Positions 51,901-63,160 of a stretch of DNA of 64,000 bases are shown here, piece by piece. The number at the start of each line of letters is the position of its first letter. The stretch's first letter is position 1. Below the pieces are notes generated by a model. That model ran no database searches and was not told the DNA's origin. It saw only the letters and a program-made list of their open reading frames with translations. Origin of the DNA: Heteronotia binoei (lineage: Eukaryota); assembly GCF_032191835.1 (NCBI RefSeq), contig NC_083233.1, positions 47,244,001 through 47,308,000 of the forward strand, in the 5' to 3' direction. The position numbers and the translations under genes were made by a program.

Positions 51901-53415
51901 CTTTTATCCTCCAGGCACACAAGTCACAGTAATGTGTCTAATTGTTTTATTTCATTCATAATAAAACAGAGGGGAGGGGTCCTTCATGTGTCATAATCCC
52001 TCCCTTAGTTTGTGGAGCCCAGAGGTCAGGAGCAAGCTATGTTTTCTTGGTGTAAAGTGTGTGTGAGAAGATGTGCATGTGTGTGTACTAGGGCAGCATG
52101 GAACCAATCATCTAGTGACCAGGCCAGAGTACACATGTCTTCGTCCTCCAAAGGGCTGAATTAACTACTTGCTGGATCTGGCAAAGGGGGAAGAGCAGGA
52201 CAAAGAAGGGCCCCTTCTCTCATCCTGGGACAAGGATGCCTAATGCTGCATCCAGAATTCCTTGCCAAGCCATGAACCTAGTCCAGGATCACCAGCCTTT
52301 TCTGTAAGGAGAGCTACTTCTGAGTAGTGAAAATTATCCCAAGCTAGTTCCTCCCCTCTGTCCAGCAGGTTACCCAGGTTTGTTCTGTCCTAGAAACAGA
52401 ATATGGATGATGATGAAGAAGAAGATATTGGATTTATATCCCGCCCTCCACTCCAAAGAGTCTCAGAGCGGCTCACAATCTCCTTTACCTTCCTCCCCCA
52501 AAACAGACACCCTGTGAGGTGGGTGGGGCTGGAGACGGCTCTCACAGCAGCTGCCCTTTCAAGGACAACTTCTGCCAGAGCTATGGCTGACCCAAGGCCA
52601 TGCTAGCAGGTGCAAGTGGAGGAGTGGGGAATCAAACCCGGTTCTCCCAGATAAGAGTCCGCACACTTAACCACTACACCAAACTGGCTCTCCAGAAATA
52701 GGAAGAACTCCAGAAATAAGCTATTAGCTAAGGAGCGCAGAGGAAAATACCATGAAGGTTTCTTTGAAAAATAAATAAATGGACATGTGAGGTGCTCTGC
52801 AGCAGCTAATGAAATTATCTGTAGATCTTGAGCTACCTGTTGGACCCTTGACCTAGCCATTTATTCTTCATTTGTATGAAAGTGGAGTTATTGTTTCAAT
52901 AAAGGGCCAGACTGTGGGGTTAATTTCTGAATATCTTGAGGAACTGAGGATGGCTCTGAATGTTTCTCTAAATACACACAAACCTAACAGGCCTTGTGAA
53001 AAGGGGAAGAATGAGCACCTCTTTTATCTTCTCTTGTTGATCTGCTGCCAGGAGCATTGCTGCTCTTTTTGGATCTCCTGGTTGGGGGAGAAGGAATGTT
53101 GTCTGCTTGTTCTATAAGGGGAATTTTCTCACTCTATCTCTCTGCCTTTCTACACACACACACACCTGCTACATCTGACGAAGAGAGCTGTTTCTCTCGA
53201 AAGCTTATGCTACAACAAAATTCATTAGTCTTAAAGGTGCTACTGGACTCTTCACTATTTTACACCTGCTGCACTTGTCTTTTCTGCAAGCAGCAAGGCT
53301 GCAGTCTGATTCTTTTTCTGCTCTGCAGGAAATGATTGATGAAGCTGATATGGATGGAGACGGGGAAGTGAATGAGCAGGAGTTTCTGAAGATACTGAAG
53401 AAAGTTGACAATTAA
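42782..53415 (+). CDS. Centrin/caltractin-like EF-hand protein (divergent CETN2/CETN4-group paralog), ~159 aa: join(42782-42907,48821-48949,51720-51857,53329-53415); exon 2 acceptor at 42748
   Basis: [42 protein letters not shown]|[16 protein letters not shown]...|[30 protein letters not shown]...EELQ|[28 protein letters not shown]. Junction positions match the centrin-2 gene structure; the first intron in this join is GC-AG. Confidence 0.9.
44880..45814 (+). pseudogene. Harbinger (DDE_Tnp_4/HARBI1-like) transposase pseudogene with a 69-nt intron (45483-45551)
   Basis: [36 protein letters not shown]|DRGY, YNQAH...[21 protein letters not shown]; DDE triad intact. TAG at 44898-44900 and a 1-nt deletion near 45092 break the N-terminus. 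Confidence 0.88.
47088..48423 (-). pseudogene. Probable Myb/SANT-like partner gene of the Harbinger element (degenerate, spliced)
   Basis: Across frameshifts: RKQ.Y...LET...EHAPLFG...W and VWERT...RRK...KTLA. Minus-strand splice signals at 47740, 47687, 47655 and 47248; stop overlaps AATAAA near 47088. Similarity is weak. Confidence 0.45.
48821..48949 (+). CDS. Centrin-like exon (EF-hand 2)
   Basis: [43 protein letters not shown]. Confidence 0.92.
50381..51420 (-). mobile_element. LINE-2 3' fragment
   Basis: Minus [27 protein letters not shown]...[20 protein letters not shown]...LQLVQNA-type region is characteristic of L2 RT C-terminus. Confidence 0.85.
51720..51857 (+). CDS. Centrin-like exon (EF-hand 3)
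   Basis: [46 protein letters not shown]. Confidence 0.92.
52406..52692 (-). mobile_element. Young Squam3(B-like) gecko SINE
   Basis: Full length with (TTC)n tail; near-identical to 63163-63449. Confidence 0.88.
53172..53250 (+). ncRNA. Minimal type-I hammerhead ribozyme motif in a Penelope pLTR/3'-end fragment
   Basis: cat-CTGACGA-a-gagag/ctctc(stem II)-GAAA-gct-T-atg; 3-bp stem I (cat/atg); palindromic AAGCTT in place of stem III; followed by the Penelope end attagtcttaaaggtgctactggactc. Confidence 0.65.
53329..53415 (+). CDS. Centrin-like terminal exon (EF-hand 4)
   Basis: [28 protein letters not shown]; ATTAAA at 53626-53631. Confidence 0.92.
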   Translation, partial: EMIDEADMDGDGEVNEQEFLKILKKVDN

Positions 53416-54114
53416 CATTGAATTTCTCTTGTTTCTTGAACATTTGCTCTGCCCTTCGCCCCTCCAGCCTTCCTGTTCTTCAAGGAGCTATGGAGATGGT
53501 GGTGGGTGGTTTCTGTTCAGGAATTACAGAATGCATTGGCAGGCAAGCAGTGATGGAGCATAACTGGTAAGAAGGGAAAGGCTGTAGCTTTTTGTTTTTT
53601 AGCTCCTAGTATGCACTCCGTTCACATTAAATGCTTCATGCCATTTCAGAACTGTTTCATTGTGGATAGTTGGTGTATTTTCATGCTAGGTTGGAAAAGC
53701 CTATGCTGGGGGTCATTGGACCTGCATGGACAAAGCCATGTGAGACAGGATTATGGGAAGGAGAAGAATTGAACAAGTCTGAGTAAAAAAGGTGGTTGGA
53801 TCCAACCAATCATGTCTGCCCCATCTGCTCTTCACAGACCAGGGGGACAGAGTGCAAGAGTTCCATCTCTCCCAGAAGCAAAAGGAGCCTGTGGTTAGCT
53901 TTCATCCTCTCCTTCACCTTCATCCAAATCCCAAGCAGGTGGCCATTGTTTTAAACCAAAGGGCAGAACAGAGGGGCATTCTGTGCTGCCAGCCCAAGCA
54001 TCCTCCCCCACCCTTTCAAACTGATTAGTAAGCTTATCCTTACCTGCACATCATTACTGATTGTGTGAGGAGAGAGTTCTGCTTTTTTTAATACAGACCT
54101 TCAAGGTAGACCTT

Positions 54115-54397
54115 GACTGATTCCTTACTAGCAGTTGCTCTGCCCCCGGGCGTCTGCTTTCCCCGGCTCAAGCAATCAGTTTCCCACCAATTGCTGTGCA
54201 GGCACATTTTGATCAGTGGCTCCCTCTAGTTTCCCTCACTGTTTCTGGATCTCCAAAAAATAAGAAGCTGCTGCGAGGGAAATTGGAAGGAGCCACGGAT
54301 CAAAATGCACCTGAGCAGCAACTGGTGGGGAATTGATCCCTTGAGCTAGGGAAAGCAGAAGCCCAGAGGTGGAGCAACTGCTAGTGAGGAATCAGTC
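54115..54397. repeat. ~280-bp inverted repeat (palindromic MITE-like)
   Basis: Arms of ~130 bp, roughly 80% complementary by eye, with a short spacer; 3-bp direct repeat ctt at 54112-54114 and 54398-54400. Confidence 0.85.
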
Positions 54398-54911
54398 CTT
54401 GTTCTGGAAGGCCAGGGGCCCTGACTCACTCTTGTGGTCTTCCAAATCTTTTTACTCCTGCACAAAATAAGCATGAGACTGCCAGTCTAGTATGGTTCCA
54501 GTTTTATTTGGGGTTGTATGTGGGCAGGGGGGAACACACCAACAAGCCTTCCACAAGGCGATAGCCTACTGTTAGCAATCATCCAGCCCTCTTTATATAT
54601 AGCCATCCTTTTAATATCCATCTTCTTTGTCCCAATGGGCTCTTCACAGTCTGAGCATGATGAAACAGGCAGAATGTTTGGAGCTGGCTGGAGGAGAAGG
54701 GAGACGTACAGCTTCAAAGACAAATGGCCTCTTCTCCGCCTGCTGCCCAAATGAGGCCTACGTTTGAGGCAGGGCTGCTGTTTGCAAGCCAGGAGCTGGC
54801 TTGGGAAGGAGAGAATGGTGGGTGGGGGAACGACCCAAGAATGGCATGTGTAGGTGGGCTGGAGATGTCGCTTTAACCCAACTTACTCCCATCCACCTCC
54901 CCATGAAGTGG

Positions 54912-55170
54912 TCAGAGCTTTTCACTAGCAAAGGTGAAGGGAGGGGTGTGGCCTGTTTCCAGCACTCTACTTCCCTTCTGAGCAAGCTTTAGCACTTCTC
55001 TGACCATCTTTCCAATGCCGTCATAGATGGTGTGGATGGGCGCATTGCACATGAAAGCACTTGTGGTCACCAGTTTGTGCTTCATATCCACATGGACCTC
55101 ATTAACATTTTTGTTCACGTGCTTGCAGCCCAGCTCCTTCAGGGCTTCGGCAGTGCTGGCGTTGGGCCAC
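54912..55170 (-). CDS. GATD3-like exon 4
   Basis: [28 protein letters not shown]...[25 protein letters not shown]; AATAAA on - at 54503-54508. Confidence 0.9.
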
Positions 55171-58100
55171 CTGTAGAGGCAGAAGTGAGAAGGTAGGGAG
55201 AGTTTTCAGGTGGGTCTATTTCAGAGGTCAGGCTCCCTTACGGGAAATCAGGACAGGGTTGAGGGGAAGGTAGTGACATTTTCCTCTGGGGTTATCAGGG
55301 TACTCTGTGGGCTGGACTTGTATCTTAAAAACACCATGCTTCTGAGATGGAGATGGGACCAGTTCTGGTAAGGAAGAGATAGCACCTCTTGTTGGTCACT
55401 CATAGTTGACTTGGTCAGCTTTAGAAAATTCAGTTGGGGAGGACTGTGTTGGGCCAGTTCTGCATGCATGTACACCTTCCTCTTATTTTTCAAAATTCTG
55501 TATGTACCACCTACAGCTGTCCTTGGGCTGACACCCCTCCCCTTATAGTTCCTTCTCTGGCTTAAGAGCTGATCAGGCAGTGCCTGTGCTGTCTTTGCAG
55601 CTTAGAAGGCTAGAACCCTGCATTTCAAAATGAGCCTCAGAATGTCAGGCTCAGTAGGGAATGTTGAAACAGCCGCTCACCATCTCCCACCCCCAGCCAC
55701 CAATAGTACTTACTTCTCACATTTTGTGTCATACCCAACAGTGACCTCGCAGCCTGGGAGAATTTTGGCTGCCAGCACGGGAGAGATACAGCACAGACCA
55801 ATGGGCTTCTTGGCTAAGTGGAAGGCCTTGATGGTATCTTCCACGAGTTTGGAGACTGTATAGTCCTTCCCATCCACAGCCCAAGAACAAAGGTTTTTAG
55901 CCACTCCAAATCCACCTGGGAATAAGAAACAGGGTTCAAAAAGGATGCCAGTCATGTTAATGATGTGTCAGATTAGGAAGAGAACGTAAGAGCTCAGGAG
56001 GACCTGATGCCATCTGCTCAGTTCTGAAGATCTTGGGCAGAGGACAGGATTTAAGCTCAAGTGGCTCCTCCTACCTGGGATGATGAGGGCATCTAGTTCC
56101 TTCACGTTCAGCATGGCCAGATCTTTGACATCGCCTCTGGCGATCCTAGCGCTCTCTACCAAGACATTGCGCTTTTCCTCAGTTTGCTGCCCGTTGATGT
56201 GGTTCACCACATGGAGTTGGTCAGTGTCTGGAGCATAGAGTTCAGCCTGGGAAAAGACCATCACATTGCTCTCAACATTTCGGCAGCAAGTCAGATTGGT
56301 GGACTGGGCTTTGACTATTCCTGCAAACTTATTTCTGCACAAAAGCTCTGTGACCTTTCATAACACCAGAACAGGCAGGAAGCCAGTGGAGAAGCTTTTT
56401 CCACCTTAGTGCTGCAATGATGGGAAAAGCAGCAATTCTGCCTGCTTAAGGCGTAGAGCTTTTTGCCCATGAACAATATTTGTGAGGAAGGTGGCTCTTT
56501 GTTTCAGAGTTTTCAGGAAGCAGTGGGTGAGGGCGGGGGGAGATTCTGCAAAGGAACTGGGAGCTTTCCTGATCTAGGAGGTAGGTATTGCCTTTGACTG
56601 TACAAGGGTGCTTGATTTGAAACACCCATCTTCTCCTTTATAGTGTTAATGGCAGTCAAGTGGAGCATAGTGAAACTGTGGTGGTTGAAGAGTTAAACCT
56701 CTTATTTTCCTACAGGACTAAAGGGCAAATTAAAGAGGTGTACGAGCCTGAAATTTGTATTGCATGGAGGGAACGAGAATAGTCTCATTTGTTTGACCCT
56801 GTAACTGGTCTCAAGAACAGCAATACTATATTCTTCCACAAGAGGGACCCCAAGAATTAAAAATAGTCTGGAAAACCCTAGCAGACTGAAGCAGCAGAAA
56901 ATGGGGTGGGGGGTGGGGTCCAGAGATTAAGAAATAAGATCAGTATGCAGCAAACTTGAAGCTTCTTAACCATTATAGATGACAATTGCTAACATGCAGC
57001 ACAATTCAAAGTAAGCTTATTCATTAGTAACTAATACTGTTCTCAGTTAAGCACTGTTACTTTGGGGACTTGGGATTTCTTACTAGAAGTGTTAGCTATC
57101 TTGCCAATACCTGGGACTCCTCACCCATTACAAATATAAAATAGGTTTAGTGTAAGTAGAGAATGGTCTGCATTTCATGGATGTCCCTGCTGTTTTCTCC
57201 TCCATAAAATAACTGCCTTCTGAGGATACATCTGAGGAAGTATCAATGAATACAGGAATAAAATTTCTTCGTCTTTTAGGTGCCATAAGACTTCTGTTCT
57301 AGTATTGCTGCAACAAACTAATACAGCCACCCCACTGAAATTACTGCTGATTTTAGTGAGTAAAGAGGTTCAGATTTATGAAGGAAGAAGGGTCTATGAA
57401 TGGCTATTAACTATAAAAGGCTGGAAAGATTTTCTTACAGAGGCAGCATACCTCTGACTCCAAGCTGCCAAGACCAACCACAAGGGCTTGTCCTCCTTTT
57501 CGCATCTTGCATCTGGGCTCCTTGGAGCATCTGGCTGTTCTTGGAAACAGAATGGACCTGCAGCTAACCCTGATAAAGTTGCCTTTTATGTCTTTGTGAG
57601 AGGCCAGGCTTTTTCAGAAGTGAGATTTAAACTGGTGTTTGCTACTTGAATAAAAAACTTACATTGACCCAAATGTGCATGCCATCTTCAACTGCTTTCT
57701 TTTTGGCTCCCCACAATACCACAGCAGTGTTCATGAAAGTTCCTAAACCCAGCCTGCCTTAGCATTGCTTGGGACCACACCCTCCCAGCAGCACACAGCC
57801 ACTGTCTGCACACAGAGACTTACTTCCTGAATCATCCACTTGCCCTCCCCCAACACATACACTAAAGAGGGCTTCAGATTGCTAAAACAGAATCAGTGTG
57901 TGTAAGTCTCCTCTTTATTAAGAATCAGTCGCACCACTATGTCGGGATTATAACATGAAATTGAATGCCCCCCCCCACACACACCAGAAGCACAGGAAAC
58001 TTGGTTGAGGGGCACCACAGTTGGCTGAGCAAGCCCCCATATTTTGCCCAGCTCTCCTGCCAAAAGGGCTCCTAGACTGTTCCAGTTTCTGTGAGACATG

Positions 58101-58403
58101 AACTCTTCCTTTAACATTTCACACATGCTATAGCATTCTGTATGTCCCTGGTTCATAAAGGGAGTTGAAGTCCATTGAAGGAGAATGACACTTGCATTAG
58201 AATGAGCAGAGCACTTAGCCCTTCAACCAATTTTGCAGTAAAAACTGGAAGCAAAATAGTGTGAACTGGCCCCAGCAGTGCAAGGAGTGTCTTACCTGAG
58301 CCCCCTCCCTGCTGAGATGCACCATGACAGCTGAAGACTCGTGGACTTCACTACCATCATACACACCACAGCCTGAGAGGACAACAGCGACTTTCTTGCC
58401 CAT
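54912..58403 (-). CDS. GATD3/ES1-like protein (class I glutamine amidotransferase-like, DJ-1/PfpI superfamily), 246 aa: complement(join(54912-55170,55714-55915,56075-56246,58296-58403))
   Basis: [36 protein letters not shown]|AELYAPD...[13 protein letters not shown]...IIPG|GFGVAKNL...[15 protein letters not shown]...|WP...[30 protein letters not shown]; 741 nt in frame, GT-AG. Confidence 0.93.
55714..55915 (-). CDS. GATD3-like exon 3
   Basis: [18 protein letters not shown]...GLCCISP...TKCEK. Confidence 0.92.
56075..56246 (-). CDS. GATD3-like exon 2
   Basis: [57 protein letters not shown]. Confidence 0.92.
58051..58168. repeat. ~115-bp direct repeat, copy 1 (copy 2 at 60167-60278)
   Basis: Near-identical apart from a 7-nt indel and few substitutions. 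Confidence 0.9.
58296..58403 (-). CDS. GATD3-like exon 1
   Basis: [36 protein letters not shown]. Confidence 0.9.
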
Positions 58404-58448
58404 GGTCAGCAGTGGGGAGGTGATCTTGGCAGTTAGAAGCGTTGTGCT

Positions 58449-58491
58449 GAACTGATGCCTGACAGGCTTCTGCTTCCTTGAGGTTTTTATA
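58449..58491 (-). promoter_or_regulatory. TATA-box core promoter of the GATD3-like gene
   Basis: TATAAAAA on - at 58491-58484; tcA initiator ~31 nt downstream (58460); ATG 57 nt further on. Confidence 0.6.
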
Positions 58492-59679
58492 GACAAAACC
58501 TCCACCCACAACGGTGAAGCTGGGCATGGTCTTTACCGGCAGGAAGCTTTCCACTCCCTGCAGGCAGGCCAGGGCTATGCATGTCATCCAACTGGCTTCT
58601 GTTGTTGGTTTCCCTTTCAAGTCTTGGAACATGGCCAATCCCTTGCCAGACAGAGTCAGTTTGGTGCCAGTTAGTTTGGGTCTGAGCTCTGAGGGGCATA
58701 CCAAGATAGTTTGTGAGGCAGCTACATCTCACCATCAGTCATCCACAGCCCCCAAAGACCTGCCTTCCTACAGAGTGGGGTGGATGTACAAACTGACATT
58801 TGTGCTCTGGCATCCTTTGCAAGGTTGCAAAGGACCCTGGGCTTTGCCTCCTAGGTGCCCATGCTGTTTCCTTGGCATTCCTGAAAACAACAGTGCTCCC
58901 TTCCATGTGATGATTGCTGTGCAGTCAGAGTAGTCTTGTCTTCTAGGGAAGAATAATTGTGTAGTGTAAGGGTGCAATTGCATGAGAGATTTGGCCTGAC
59001 TTAGCCATAACTCCCATCTGGATTTAATGTGCACAATCACACATTAATATCTGTCCCCAGGGTCCTGCCTGTACCTACCTCGTCTTAGGATGGGTTGGCA
59101 CCAGATTAAATAGCTATCAGGAACTTCCCGGTAGCAAACCTCTAAAACATATGTAGAGCCCGTTTTCTGAATGGCTGGGAGTGTGAAGCACCCACCCCTC
59201 AAACGCATGAGCACTCTGAATGCTCTTCTTGTGTGTGTGGAGCCCATGCCTCTCCTGGCAGCAAGGTGGGAGCTGTGTAAATGCTGGGGCACAGATCAAT
59301 GAGAACCGGCTTTTTCAGAGCCAGGGTATTGCTGCACCAAATCTCTCATGTGATCCTACCCAAAGATGATAACACTCAGGGATTTTGACTATGTATGCCA
59401 ACATTGAAGCTGCAATTGCCTCTGACTTTCAGAAGCCTGCACAAAACACCATCCCATGTAATATGGGCTCCATCTAACTTGGCATATTGAAAACCTTCAG
59501 TGATGGAAACATATACTGAAGTGGTATCTGGTAATCATCAGACTGAAGGCCCATCTGCTTCTGTCAAGGGATAATTGTTTTCATGTTCCTTTTCAGGCTT
59601 CTACAACACTCTTCTGCATCCACTGCTATAAACAACTAAAACCTTTTGAGCTCTGAATTGCTTGTCTGATATTAAGCCA

Positions 59680-60128
59680 CAGGGCTGGCCTTAAGGTGCA
59701 TGGCACCCTAGGCAGGCCCCCCCACCGTCCTCTTCCGTGGCACTGCCCCTCTCCATGGTGGCACCCTGCAGCACCACACCCCACCACTCACACAGCAAGG
59801 GAGGAGAGATGGAGGTGGGGAAGGCAGCAGGGAAGGCAGTGCAAGCATGAGAAACCCTGTGCAAGAGTGGGGAAGGTGGCAGGAGAGTGGGGAAGCCAGT
59901 GTGGGAGTGAGAATGCCAGCACGAGAGCGGGAAAGGTGGCAGGAGACTGAGAAAGCTGGCACAAGAGTGGGGAAGCCAGTGTGAGAGTGAGAAAGCTGAT
60001 GCAAGAACAGGAAAGGCGGCGTGAGAACGGGGAAGGCCTCTGCGAGTCATGTAGGGGGCACCCAATTCAGCACCCCCCAGGGCTGGTGCCCTAGGTAAAT
60101 GCCTAATTTGCGTAGTGGGCCAGCCCTG
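59680..60128. mobile_element. hAT-type MITE with internal ~18-bp minisatellite
   Basis: TIR cagggctggcc / ggccagccctg; perfect 8-bp TSD ttaagcca at 59672-59679 and 60129-60136. Confidence 0.9.
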
Positions 60129-62399
60129 TTAAGCCACCTAACAGAGTTAGGTGTCTATTGCGGAGGGCTCTCCTACCAAAAGGGCTCCTAGACTGTTCCA
60201 GTTTCTGTGAGACATGAACTCTAACATTTCACACATGCTATAGCATTCTGTATGTCCCTGGTTCATAAAGGGAGTTGATTTCTCTTAGCATTTATTTTAA
60301 CTCCAAAAGTATAAAATTTATTTCTAAGCACAGAGGCAGAGGCACGAAGGGAAAGTTGGAAACCAGTAAAGATTCCAAAAGAACATAAAACAGTTTCTAA
60401 TCTAGAATAACATAGACATTCAGTGGAAAGGGTGGGGGTGATTGGGACTAACCAGGAAGAGGGGGGACTATATGCAAACCTTCCTTATGCACTCCTCCTC
60501 AGCCCATGAGACATGACACCTAGGATTTGGATGTATTTTGCACAGTCCTTTGGGGGTTGCATGGAAAGCTTGCATGGAGTGCAGATGTGTGTGTTTTTTT
60601 ATCAGTGTGCACCAGACGTGTCAATGGGTTTCCCGTGTTTTCTTCCCAGGATGGCAGTGACAGTTAACAGAATGCTTTGCAGCCATCCATGGTGTCATGT
60701 CTTTGGGGCTGATGTGACCATGGTAGGCGGAGATGGCTTTTGTTATATAACTGAGATGGACAGTGTGTTTGATTCATTATCTCTCCAGTATTCTGTTTCC
60801 TTCAGTGGCCAGCTAGATGCTAATAGGAACCTCACAAGGAAAGACCTGATGCCCATAAACAAGGCATCCCACCCACATGTGAGACTTGCCCGAGTTTGTC
60901 CTCCAGCTACGGCAATTCAGAAGCATGCCTCCTGTAACCTTCCCCAGTGTTTGTCAGAGGGCAATATGTTCATCGGTAAGAAAATAAAAATAATAATCCT
61001 GGTATCAGGAAATGCATAGCTCTCTTCATATGTGACATACATATCTATTCTTTCCTGGTTGGGCATCAAACTGCTTAGTCATGCTCACTGTCAATGTGTT
61101 CTGACTTCCTCCAAAACTGGACTTTGATTGCCTAAATAAATTAAAGAAACCACAGGTTGTGTCAGACAACTTGAAACAGTAACATCAAACTAACGTATTT
61201 TTTGTAGACCAGAATGCTGTTCTACCTGCTGGGATGCCTTGCAGGTTTTAGGAAGCGCAGTGGCCTGATCCTCAAGCGGACCAAAAGGTCTACATCTGCA
61301 ACGGACTGCAGCTTCCACTGCATCAGGGAAGCTAAGAGGGTCTCTTGTAGCAAGTTGACATGACATCCTATGGCCTAATAGAATTATTCATTGTGTATTT
61401 TATGAAAAAATCCTCACCCTGGCTCTTCCATCCTATCCTGGATCTCCAGGGGAGCATATGGCAATTTTACAATTATTTAAATAGGGTTTGTTGGGGTTTT
61501 TTTTTAAAGAATCCAGTGAAAAATTAGGCCACCCTTTTTGGATCTTAGTCCTCTGACATAAACTCAATGTTGTATTTGGACAAAATTGCTTGCCTCCCTA
61601 CTGATCTGGATACAAGTGAATGTGGAAGTGTCCAAGCAGGGCTTCTCTTTGGAGGAGTTCCAGCTGCTGATGACCAAGGCTGTGGAAAGGACACTTGGTT
61701 CTGTTTGGAACATGGTTTGTTCTCCTGACCTATAGCCATCATTAAAAAAAAATATTTATCTTGTGATGATTCCACTCAACAGGCATATGAAAGTGACACT
61801 TTTCAGGGCCTGCTGTTCCCCCATGTGGGAGTTCAGTTGTGGGGTCTCCCAGATACTTACACTACTTTCTAGAATCTAATCTGAAGCTTGCATTTGTGGG
61901 TTGCTATCAGTATGTAGCACTGGCTACATTTCTCCTTCACATCTAAACCAAGCAAGATGTTTATACCCATGAATGGCTTTGAAGACAGTAATGGATGGTG
62001 TTGGTGGTGAACATACTGAAACTCATTCCATAGATATGCAGTTGCTCATAGTGGATAGTTCTGGGTCTGGTGAAATGGAGGGGAGGGGGGAATACTTAGA
62101 TGGAATCATGTTTCCCCAGTGTGGGGAAGCTCTTGGGGCCAAGCCTTTTTTTGGATGACCAGTGGAAGCTGTGGCACGGAGTGCATTTTATCTGTGTAAC
62201 TAATTCACCGGTGACACCCTTCACATTAAGGAATGAAGCTGCTTTATATCAGGGATAGCTATGGCTGACCCAAGGCCATCCCAGCAGGAGCAAGTGGAGT
62301 GGGGAATCAAACCCGGTTCTCCCAGATAAGAGTCCTCACACTTAACCACTACACCAAACTGGCTCTCCGTAGGGGGGACTGCTCAAGGTTTCTTTGCCC

Positions 62400-63160
62400 A
62401 AGGATGAGAATGAAGGCCTCTTTCCTCTTTTTCTTGAAGGGGGGGGGGCGCGAGAAAGCCAGTGAGCAGGTTCCAGCCCCCTCATCTCCGCCGGCGGTGC
62501 GCGCCTTGCCACTGCCAAGCCAGGGAGGAGGAGCGAGGCGGAAAGGCTATAAAGCGCCGGTCAAGGCGCGGGAACGCTCAGGACGGGAAATGGAGTCGTT
62601 GCACCGCGCCGTCGGGCTCCTGGCCATCGCAGCCGGTAAGCAGAAGCCGCAGCCAAGTCCGCCTCGCAGGGACCAGGAGATGCCCCGGCGGCAGAGTCTC
62701 TTGGCGCGGAGGTAGCCAGCCGGCGGAGCGGACGGGCTACCTCCGGGGACTCACCCAGCCCGAGGCGTCCTCCTCCTCCAGGGGCCTGGGCTGCCTCGCC
62801 GCCTCAGCCTGCTCGGGCAACGAGCGCTGGCGCTGGGGGGCGCCGCAGAGTAGCGCCTGATTCTCGCCCGGGCGCTCCACGCCGTTTGCCTGACTCGAAC
62901 TTCGCGCCCTGGGGGCTGCCCTGCCAGTCGCCCTCCCGCATCGCGTAGACGGAGCAGATTTTACCAGCACGGCTCTACCCCGATAGCACGGCTTTTGGTG
63001 CCCGCCGCTTCCAACTTTTCTTCCCACCGCCCCCTTGCTCTCTCTCCGTCCTTCATCCCGCCGCTCCGCGCAGTCCTACAGACGCTCTTTGCTTGCTCGA
63101 CTCTCCCGCAAGTCCCGCTTTGCTTGGCGCGCCTGGCCTCGCTTCCCGCTGGGCTTCCAC
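62400..63160 (+). promoter_or_regulatory. CpG island and TATA promoter of the membrane-protein gene
   Basis: Dense CpG; TATAAA at 62548-62553, ~40 nt before the ATG. Confidence 0.7.

Noticed and set aside
61226-61331. Possible minus-strand upstream exon of the GATD3-like gene (AG/GT bounded, 106 nt)
   Set aside because: No good acceptor upstream of the ATG at 58403 and no homology; the TATA model explains the gene without it.
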